Virus record (IMG/VR): IMGVR_UViG_2778261247_000008
Length of the DNA stretch: 21,832 nucleotides
Origin: a virus
Taxonomy: Duplodnaviria; Heunggongvirae; Uroviricota; Caudoviricetes
Reading direction: 5' to 3' (one strand)
Shown here: positions 7,239 through 15,100 of the stretch, one piece after another
Position numbering within the stretch: the stretch's first letter is position 1
How the letters are laid out: the number at the start of each line of letters is the position of its first letter
Position numbers and translations under genes: made by a program
The notes under the pieces: model-generated
The model's input: only the letters and a program-made list of their open reading frames with translations
The model's database searches: none
What the model was told of the DNA's origin: nothing

Positions 7239-7258
7239 TACTGTATAAAATTACAGGA
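7239..7258. promoter_or_regulatory. LexA (SOS) box
   Basis: TACTGTATAAAATTACAGGA has the exact CTGT-N8-ACAG core with an AT-rich spacer; lies in the intergenic gap between two minus-strand genes. Confidence 0.6.
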
Positions 7259-7284
7259 TAAAACTCAAACTTTACGGTCAATTT

Positions 7285-7527
7285 TCAATGAATTAACTGC
7301 GTAAACTGCTGTGTGACCCGATACTTATGCTCTCTCCCTATGCCACGATCAACTTTCTCAAGAAGTCCAGTACGGACAGCAGAATCAAGCATCCTTTTAA
7401 CAATTCTGCTATTTAACCCAACATCAAAAGCAAGCATCGAAGCGAAAACAAACCCATCACCACCATCAGAAAAGCTCTTTTCGCTCCGTTTTCGTATCAT
7501 TTCAAAAAGCAATGCCTTTTTATCCAT
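7285..7527 (-). CDS. hypothetical protein (80 aa)
   Basis: ORF MDKKALLFEMIRKRSEKSFSDGGDGFVFASMLAFDVGLNSRIVKRMLDSAVRTGLLEKV... Confidence 0.35.
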   Translation of the reverse strand: MDKKALLFEMIRKRSEKSFSDGGDGFVFASMLAFDVGLNSRIVKRMLDSAVRTGLLEKVDRGIGREHKYRVTQQFTQLIH

Positions 7528-7545
7528 TTATCCCTCCGTGACCAG

Positions 7546-7872
7546 TCACACTTTGAGCGCAAGTTTCAGCCTCGTGGTTGTAAGGTGGCATGACCCTTCG
7601 CCATCAAAAATGCATTCTGAAACAGGCATTTTTTGACCACATCGCGGGCAAGTAGTAGATAGCTGCTTCTGCAGCTCCTTATAGTTTTTCCTGATCAGCA
7701 AACCAATGACTTCGTTCTCCGAATATGGAACTCGCCCTGGTCTACGCAATACACAAATTTCCCCCAACATACGTAACTCGTCAGGTTCTAGAATCCAGTC
7801 CCGTCTTGATGTGCCTTCCTTCTTCAACCGTTCCCTGCGTCTCCTTTGCCGTTCTGCCGGTGTCAGCGCCAT
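7546..7872 (-). CDS. hypothetical protein with arginine-rich N-terminus and C-terminal zinc-ribbon-like cysteines (108 aa)
   Basis: MALTPAERQRRRRERLKKEG... and ...CPRCGQKMPVSECIFDGEGSCH. Confidence 0.4.
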   Translation of the reverse strand: MALTPAERQRRRRERLKKEGTSRRDWILEPDELRMLGEICVLRRPGRVPYSENEVIGLLIRKNYKELQKQLSTTCPRCGQKMPVSECIFDGEGSCHLTTTRLKLALKV

Positions 7873-7887
7873 AAATCCTCCTGAAAA

Positions 7888-8547
7888 TTACTTAACCCAA
7901 CTAACTACACCGCCAGCGGCCACAACCGCCCTTTCACAATCACGCTCATATCTCAAAGGTTGAAATACACCATCAATAAAATATTTATCTCCACCAAACG
8001 CTGCAGGAAGTGAAACAGAAAACTGAACATGACCATCCGGAGTTACCGGAGAGTTGCCAGCCTCATACGCGACCCTTATCCAGTGCATAAACATTTCAGT
8101 ACTTACACATCCACAATCAACATCAATTTTGTCATGCTGCTGTTCCAGCCATTGCTCAAAAGTTAACTTGTAAGTTTGGCTTACAGGTTTGGCTTCCAGT
8201 TCTGCTACGCGCTGTTTTGCAGCATCCAGTTCAATCGACAATTTTTCCAACTGCTCTTTATGCTTCTTGTATTCCTGATATGCGTGCCAGGACTGACCTT
8301 TGCGCACACTATCAGTAATATCAGTAATCTGTTCTGGTGTTAGCGTGGTCAGTGGCTGTGCTGGGAAAATCAGCACTTTCCCGGAATCCCAATCAAAACC
8401 AGCGTGAATTGACTGAACCTCAACTGAGGGTGTTGAACCAATGCTGCCAGGCGAATGAATAACGATTGTTACATCCATATCGCGACGATGGCTGTGGTTG
8501 TTGGACAAAATACGATTCACCAACTCAGAAAATTTGGAAAATTTCAT
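7888..8547 (-). CDS. hypothetical protein (219 aa)
   Basis: Long ORF codirectional with flanking genes; 4-nt overlap with the downstream ORF start. Confidence 0.5.
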   Translation of the reverse strand: MKFSKFSELVNRILSNNHSHRRDMDVTIVIHSPGSIGSTPSVEVQSIHAGFDWDSGKVLIFPAQPLTTLTPEQITDITDSVRKGQSWHAYQEYKKHKEQLEKLSIELDAAKQRVAELEAKPVSQTYKLTFEQWLEQQHDKIDVDCGCVSTEMFMHWIRVAYEAGNSPVTPDGHVQFSVSLPAAFGGDKYFIDGVFQPLRYERDCERAVVAAGGVVSWVK

Positions 8548-8834
8548 GCTGATTCCCCTTTATCTGCTCTCTCCTGTCGGAACATCACTATCATCAGGTC
8601 GCCTTTTGTCGCTATCTTGGCTGTTGTGCCTGGCTCAATGCGGCTAAGTTCAAATGCGTCATAGAACGCCTCTAACACTTTCTGGCGTCTTTCCTGTTTG
8701 CGGTGCTTTCCCCACTGCTTTAGAAAAACAGAGGCCGCCCACTTCCCCGCACTGAACATGATGTAAAACCAACCGAGAAGTGCCAGACCGATATTTAGGG
8801 CCGTATCGATCGTTATCGTGGTGTCGATATTCAC
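8544..8834 (-). CDS. hypothetical membrane protein (96 aa)
   Basis: One predicted TM segment (ALNIGLALLGWFYIMF); coupled overlaps with neighbours. Confidence 0.45.
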   Translation of the reverse strand: MNIDTTITIDTALNIGLALLGWFYIMFSAGKWAASVFLKQWGKHRKQERRQKVLEAFYDAFELSRIEPGTTAKIATKGDLMIVMFRQERADKGESA

Positions 8835-9253
8835 TACGCCACCTCCTGTAAATTTCCCTGATAAAAAGCCAGCACACGCTGCATAACTTCACTTTTCCGG
8901 CAATCGTGACAAATCATGTTCAAGCGCCTGTCGTAACGACGTATTTCTCCGTCAGGTAATGACCAGATAAGGTCTGGATCAACCACTACCGATGTCTTCG
9001 GCTTTACTCTTGATAGTTTTTTACGGGCGTTTTGCCAGTCCTTGCGTGCTTGTGCAGACAGAAATATCCCGGAGCCAGAGATATACAAATCACCACTGGC
9101 AGCAAGCTCTCTTGATAAACGACTAACAGCACACCGGCTAATACCAGTTTCATCCGCAAGTTGCCTAACCGTTCCTCGTCCATTCAGGCGCACGAGTTCC
9201 ACAATTTGTTTATTCAGTTCTTCCCTCTGTTCTGGTGTAAAAGCCTTTGCCAT
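8834..9253 (-). CDS. hypothetical DNA-binding protein (139 aa, HTH-like segment)
   Basis: GTVRQLADETGISRCAVSRLSRELA resembles a helix-turn-helix; C-terminal CHDC pair. Confidence 0.45.
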   Translation of the reverse strand: MAKAFTPEQREELNKQIVELVRLNGRGTVRQLADETGISRCAVSRLSRELAASGDLYISGSGIFLSAQARKDWQNARKKLSRVKPKTSVVVDPDLIWSLPDGEIRRYDRRLNMICHDCRKSEVMQRVLAFYQGNLQEVA

Positions 9254-9852
9254 TACGATTCTCCTTGCCCTTTTACAAGACGGGAGAAAATTGCGGATAC
9301 ATACTTAGCCTGATGAATAGCATCAGCCAGGGCATTGTGTCGTTCACCATCAAATGGCATATCTTTTTTAGGATTGAAACCAATAAACTGACCAAGATTA
9401 ACGATTGTTCGAACATCCTGATCATTAAAATATTCCCACGGACAGGCTAAGCCAACGCGCTCATAAGCACCGCGTAAAATTACATTGTCGAATGTTGCTC
9501 CATTTCCCCATACTTTCAATTTTTTTAAATTACATGCATGGCAAGTAATAAAGTGTGATAATTCAAAAAGTGCATCCTTAATATTAAGGGCATCATTAGT
9601 ACAAATTGCGGCTCTGGCTTCCTTGCTCTGTTTCAACCACCATAAAATGGTATCACCATCGGCGACACCACCATTCAACATCGAGCTTCTGAGATTCACT
9701 GGCACATAAAAAGTAGGACCTAATTCCTCACCTTCTGGAGAAAAAAACACTGCCCCGATAGAAACAATTGGAGCACATGTGTTAGTACCCATTGTTTCAA
9801 GGTCAATCATTACATCAGACCGTTTCCTGTCGTAAATAATCTGATTAGTCAC
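9253..9852 (-). CDS. 3'-5' exonuclease, DEDDh (DnaQ-like) family
   Basis: Exo I-like motif MIDLETMG and Exo III-like motif H-NALADAIH in a 199-aa protein. Confidence 0.65.
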   Translation of the reverse strand: MTNQIIYDRKRSDVMIDLETMGTNTCAPIVSIGAVFFSPEGEELGPTFYVPVNLRSSMLNGGVADGDTILWWLKQSKEARAAICTNDALNIKDALFELSHFITCHACNLKKLKVWGNGATFDNVILRGAYERVGLACPWEYFNDQDVRTIVNLGQFIGFNPKKDMPFDGERHNALADAIHQAKYVSAIFSRLVKGQGES

Positions 9853-9875
9853 GAATAATTCTCCTCAACGTTTAT

Positions 9876-10079
9876 CTATACCCAAATTTTCTGTTGATAT
9901 GTTCTGGATGGTTTTGGTGTTCTTTCTGATTCAGGTAAATGAACATAAACGCAATATCCATCACCTAAAAAATCAGAACGAACAACCAGAACTTTCTTAC
10001 CACGCCGCCGATAAGTATCTGAAAGACGCTCTGCTTCATCATGCGTCATCGGCCCCTGCTTAAATGGCGTTATTTTCAT
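9876..10079 (-). CDS. hypothetical small protein (about 67 aa from internal ATG)
   Basis: Track ORF 9876..10103 begins at a GTG inside the palindrome at 10085..10102; likelier start is MKITPFKQGPMTHDEAERL.... Confidence 0.3.
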   Translation of the reverse strand: MKITPFKQGPMTHDEAERLSDTYRRRGKKVLVVRSDFLGDGYCVYVHLPESERTPKPSRTYQQKIWV

Positions 10080-10380
10080 TTTCTTGTGCGACCACGGTCG
10101 CACCCTCTCTGATTTCCAAGTAACGCTTAATCCAAAGATTTTCTATATGCTTATTACCTGGCTGATTTGATAAATACCAATCGGCAATTACAGACTGCTT
10201 ATTACTATCTGGTCGTGTCCTGTAACCACAAGTTGGACACCAGATAACATATTCATTTCTTACCCCCGAATACCTTAATTCCGGCTTCGACGGTTTCCTG
10301 AACATAACTTGTTTACAAAGGCAGAATGGCACTTCCTGCCCGATGGCGTTTGATGATTTCACTGCGCTTCTCCGCCGCAT
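10060..10380 (-). CDS. hypothetical Cys-containing small protein (zinc-ribbon-like), boundaries uncertain
   Basis: FCLC...(22)...CPTCG pattern; the C-terminal tail is read through the palindrome and may not be real. Confidence 0.3.
   Translation of the reverse strand: MRRRSAVKSSNAIGQEVPFCLCKQVMFRKPSKPELRYSGVRNEYVIWCPTCGYRTRPDSNKQSVIADWYLSNQPGNKHIENLWIKRYLEIREGATVVAQENENNAI
10085..10102. other. sopC-like palindrome (candidate centromere site)
   Basis: GTGCGACC-AC-GGTCGCAC, 8-bp perfect arms. Confidence 0.5.
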
Positions 10381-11023
10381 TTAATAATGCAGTTCGATTT
10401 AAGCTCAGACATCGCGACTTAATTAAAAGCCAGCGTTCTTTATAATCTTGTCTCCAGCTATCAATAGATATATTCAGTAGAAAACTCAGCTGCCTGTCCT
10501 GTTCTCTATCATCAACTGCCTCAGCACACGTAAGTTCTGACTTAACCTGCTGTGCCGCGTAATAAATCAATTTTCTCATGGCTTTTTTCGTGGAGGCCTT
10601 CATTTTTTTAAACCCGCCACCCGAATGCGCAACCAGAAAATCAAGCCATAACCACTGACAAACAATCACATCATTGTTGTAGTTAGGCTTGCATCCGTAG
10701 CAATAATAAAGCCAGGCTGATTCCTCGTTATTCAACTGACCAATAGCCCTGCGCCAGCTGGCGCTCTGAAAATCAATATCAGTGAGCAACATTGATGATT
10801 GTTTAAATGTTTTGCCCTGGTGGAATCTAACCGGCTCAGCAGGAACAGACACTTCGTATGAGTTATCATCACCTACACTGATTGACCGGACTGGTTTATT
10901 GTTAAAGCGTCCTGATCTGCCTAGACGCATCTGCTCAAGCTGGACCTCTAGGATGCCACGCTGGCGATAATGAATATCAGCCAATGCCGTGGAGACGCAG
11001 CTGCGTATATACTCAAGCTCCAC
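10313..11023 (-). CDS. hypothetical protein (236 aa) immediately downstream of cro; possible Q-like late regulator by position only
   Basis: In N15-type phages the gene after cro is, as I recall, the late antiterminator. Contains CYGC; no family match could be confirmed from sequence. Confidence 0.35.
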   Translation of the reverse strand: MELEYIRSCVSTALADIHYRQRGILEVQLEQMRLGRSGRFNNKPVRSISVGDDNSYEVSVPAEPVRFHQGKTFKQSSMLLTDIDFQSASWRRAIGQLNNEESAWLYYCYGCKPNYNNDVIVCQWLWLDFLVAHSGGGFKKMKASTKKAMRKLIYYAAQQVKSELTCAEAVDDREQDRQLSFLLNISIDSWRQDYKERWLLIKSRCLSLNRTALLNAAEKRSEIIKRHRAGSAILPL

Positions 11024-11234
11024 GCTTACGGCTCTCCTTAATCGACTGCTTTACCCGCCGAGTTGTAAAGTCACTCTTCAGCTTGTAAGCAGTACGAACT
11101 TCAATATCACTTTGCCGCAATGAAGGAATCTCTCCAGCGGTTAACCATTGGTAAACAGCACCGGGTGTTACACCTACCCCAGCCGCTGCTTTTTCTACAC
11201 TGCCAAAGTGGCGAATAAGTTCTTCTGGTTTCAT
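11013..11234 (-). CDS. cro: Cro-like HTH regulator
   Basis: HTH AAGVGVTPGAVYQWL; divergent from the repressor gene across an operator-bearing region. Start taken at the internal Met (MKPEELIRHFG...); track ORF extends to 11261. Confidence 0.6.
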   Translation of the reverse strand: MKPEELIRHFGSVEKAAAGVGVTPGAVYQWLTAGEIPSLRQSDIEVRTAYKLKSDFTTRRVKQSIKESRKRGA

Positions 11235-11261
11235 GCGGTTATTATAAGCAATAAATCGCAT

Positions 11262-11303
11262 TTAAAGCCAGCTATAATAAATAAATTTTATAGCCAGCTA
11301 TAA
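11262..11303. promoter_or_regulatory. two 16-bp operator-like near-palindromes between cro and cB
   Basis: TTAAAGCCAGCTATAA (11262..11277) and TTATAGCCAGCTATAA (11288..11303), arms TTATAG/CTATAA. Confidence 0.5.
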
Positions 11304-11325
11304 GAAGATCATTTATGATTAAGCT

Positions 11326-11922
11326 ATGAAAACACGAGGCGAACGACTGAAAGCACGCCGTTTAGAGATGAAGCTGACGTTGCGAGAAGTTGCTGAGGCT
11401 GTCGATATCTCTATTGCAGGCGTCCAAAACTTAGAACGTGGCGACGTAATGCCGTCACTGGAGATAGGTATTGCCCTGGCTAAATGCTTACGCAAGCCAG
11501 TGCATTGGGTGCTGTATGGGACAGAATATGACCCTGATCGCATTCCTGTTATTGGCACAACTGAAAGTGGACCTGATGAAGAGTGGAAGCCAGGACAGGT
11601 TCCAAATACTGAGCGATTCCTGCCATTCATCAGCCAGCGCAATACTGTTTATGCGTTAACTATCAGCAATCTGGCGCAGGGAAACTATCAGCCAGGCGAT
11701 TTTCTCCTGGTCGATTCTGCGCTGGAACTGGTTCCCGGCGAGGATGTTCTGGTTCGTGATACTGCAGGAAATATCACCATCCAGCGCCTGGCCCGTTTTG
11801 ATGATGAAAATTACTATCTGGACGGAACAAATTCACAACGCGCCATCTTCAGGAAAAGCGATCTTGAATTTGTTCACCAAATAGTCGGAACGATCAAATC
11901 ATTCATGGTTGAGGGTAGATGA
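11326..11922 (+). CDS. cB: prophage repressor (CI/CB-like: N-terminal XRE HTH plus C-terminal LexA/CI-like dimerization domain)
   Basis: 198 aa; HTH LTLREVAEAVDISIAGVQNLERG; C-terminal segment aligns with the lambda CI C-terminal domain as recalled (PGDFLLVD...ITIQRLARF versus CI ...FTFKKLIRD). Confidence 0.75.
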   Translation: MKTRGERLKARRLEMKLTLREVAEAVDISIAGVQNLERGDVMPSLEIGIALAKCLRKPVHWVLYGTEYDPDRIPVIGTTESGPDEEWKPGQVPNTERFLPFISQRNTVYALTISNLAQGNYQPGDFLLVDSALELVPGEDVLVRDTAGNITIQRLARFDDENYYLDGTNSQRAIFRKSDLEFVHQIVGTIKSFMVEGR

Positions 11923-12167
11923 CTTAATACGGGGTTTATTGTTTGCTGTAAATCTGGTTTAATGCAGAGCATATGTTCTGTGGGTTGACTCAGGTTACAG
12001 CAGCAGAAAAAAGACGAAAAAAAACCCGAGTCGGCAAACTCGGGTCCTTTTCAGGAAGCAGCCACAGTAACGCGACGGATTCCGTCAATTCAAGATGCGT
12101 TTATTGTGGCTGCTCCTGCGGATTTTTTCAACCCGAAAAAACATAATTCGCATGGAATGGCTAAAAA

Positions 12168-15100
12168 ATGACATTAAACGATTTCTATGCGGATCGCTTT
12201 GGCAGCGATCCGTTCTCGCTAATTGAAGCAGCACGGGATGAACTAACCGAGCTGGCACAGATGGCTGGTATCAACTGGTCTGCCTGTTCCGACAACATCC
12301 AACTCAACCCTCGCGGGGGTGTTGAGCGTTACTCTTCATACAATAAAACATCTCCAGAAGCTCTCGAAAAGAGCCTCAAAGGACGCGTAGAAATTTACTC
12401 CCGGCTGGAACACAGCAAAGGGATTGATTACCCGTTCATTAACTTCGTCCATAAAGGCAGCGATGCTGGCTCATGGAGCGGTTTCTCCTTCCTGTTTTCT
12501 GAATATCGCCGTGAGCAACAACGGAATAATGCGACCGTGGTCGCACAACCGGAAGAAGAACGGGCAAGAATAGAACGTCAGGCCGAAGCACGTCGTCGCC
12601 GTGAAGAACAAAAACGAATTAATGACCTGAAAAACAACCAAATGGACCATGAACGTTTGCTGGGATGGCTGGCATTCCACAGCGCGTGGGAACATGCTCC
12701 TGCAGAAGACGGCTCATGGCCATATGCGATTAAAAAAGGTATTCGTGACGTTTTTAATTCGTGTGATGTGCGTCGCGTGACCAGTCACGACAGCGCAAAA
12801 TGGAGCAGGGGGCCAACCACGTATATGGCTATCCCTCTGGCTCACCTGGACGGTCGTTACGATGGTCGTATTGTGGGTTGGCAGCGAATCGACAAACAAG
12901 GTGGAAAATACCAGACCAGCGCCGTAACCAGCGGCGATTTCGTCGGTGCCTGCTTTGTTATCGGTGAGCTAAAAGGGGCGCAAAACATCGCTGTTACAGA
13001 AGGTTTTGCTACTGGTGCATCCATCTGGCTTGCCACGAAAAAAGATAAACGCTTTGACGCTGTGGTTGTCGCTGTATCCGCTAATAACATGGTTCATGTT
13101 GTGGAACAACTGGTAAACATGTACCCGGCGGCAAAAATCACCTGCGCACTGGATAATGACCGGAAATCAGCCACAGAAGGAAAAGGGAATACCGGCCTGC
13201 GGACTGGCTATGAAATCTTATCGAAATTCAACGATGTCCGCTGCGTCTATCCAACTTTTGAAGACGATCCGCAAATGGAGTGCAGTGACTTCAACGACCT
13301 GCACAAACTGCGTGGACTTCGTGAAACAGCACGTCAACTGTTTGCAACTGCAAACCGCCTGAAAACCGGCACTGATTTGCTATCTCTGACGCTCAACCGC
13401 CTGAAGACAATTAAGCGGGATAACCGTCGTACTTTTGCCAAAGAGCTGCTGAGAGCGGTGGATATTGGCATGCTAACCTGTCCGGTTCCTAACAGTCCGT
13501 CAGACTTATTTAACATGTTCTGCATCGTTCTGCGTGAAATGGGGCTGGAAAATATCTATCGCGCTACGGTAAAAGACCACATTGCCCGTCGCCTGAATAA
13601 AAAGTGCCGTATTGCCCAGGCTCCGCGCTCATTCAGCGAACGCATAACTGATCCCAATAAACGTCCTCAACATATCACCTATAAGCGTTTTGAAACTTCG
13701 GTAATGACCGATGACGTCCTGAAGTATGTGCAATCACTACAGGGGATAGTCATCGTTCGTGCTGGTATGGGTTCCGGCAAATCTACTGGATTGTTACGAC
13801 CTTTAATGCATAGCTCAGAACGTGGTATCTCTGTTGCTCACCGTGTTTCCCTTATTGGTGGCCTGTGGGAAATGATGACAGAAGGAAAAGGTGTAAAAGC
13901 CGATATCCTGCACTATCAGGACCCTGGCTATCAGGAAATGGCTCCATACGCCAGTAAACTGACCATCTGCATAAACTCGATTGTTAAAAACTGCTGGCAA
14001 CCGTTGATGCGCCAGCACGACTATTTTGGCTTTGACGAGGCCACGCAAGGGCTACGTGCCGTTCTTTCCGGTCGGGCTATGGAAAACCCGGTGGCTGTAT
14101 TCAATACGTTAATCGACGCGCTGGCCAGAACGGAACAACACCCAATAATGGTGGATGCTGATGCGAACGATCTGCTGGTTGACCTGGCTGAACTGGCTAT
14201 GAAACGCCGTGAAGAACTAGGTTTACCGGCATGGCTGCAGATCCACGTAATTGAATTACCTGTTGATGTTCGCAACCGCGAAACAGGTGAGCCAATCCGG
14301 GTTTTTTATACAGAAAAAGATCGCATTATGACCGAGGTGGTGAAAGCTGTATCGGATGGCGAAAAAATCATGTTGGCCACCGACAGCTCCACCTTTGCAG
14401 AAGATGTGACAGCCACCCTGAGAATGCATTTTCCTGGTAAGAAATTTCTGTGTGTAAACCAGAAAAACAAACCAGAGCCAGAAGTTGAAGCATTTACCAA
14501 TCAACCGAAAAAGATGGTCAAAAAATACGACGGCCTGATTTATAGCCCGTCTATTTCATCCGGTGTGTCGATTGAGCAAAAACATTTTGACCGTCATTTC
14601 GGCATGTTCTGTGGTGAAGTTGTACCCAGCGACGCAGTGCAAATGCTACGCCGCGACCGTACAGCAAAAGAATTTATTATCGGCTTTGATAAAGCTCGCG
14701 CAAAACGTGAAACTGACCCGCAAAAAATAGAACGAGCATTCGCCCAGGCATTGCTTGCTACCGCAGGCATGAACGGTGAACTGACGGATGTCGTTTTCGA
14801 TGGCGACCGTATATCAATGGGGGTGGCCAATACCGACTTTACCAGGATGAAAATTAAAGCAGCCGCAATTGAAGCGTCTGCGCGTAACGACTACGCCAGC
14901 AACATGATCTGCATCATGCACAGCGACGGTTATAAGGTATCGCCGCTGGCCACCGATTATGCTGCGAATGATATCGGTAAAGATCTGCGTAAAGAAGCGC
15001 GGGATATTGTGTGGGAACAGACACTGGATCTGCATCTCAATACAGAAACTCCACAAGAATCAGAGCGTGAAGAACTGCTAAAAAAACGCGCGCTGACGCT

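Noticed and set aside
2446-12545. GTGCGACCACGGTCGCAC palindromes as intrinsic terminators
   Set aside because: Only the 5705..5726 copy is followed by a T-run, and that is on the plus strand where no gene ends. The near-identity of five copies and the match to the F sopC core favour a protein-binding site.
2446-12545. CRISPR array formed by the repeated palindromes
   Set aside because: Repeats are irregularly spaced over kilobases, are perfect palindromes lying within or between genes, and there are no cas genes.
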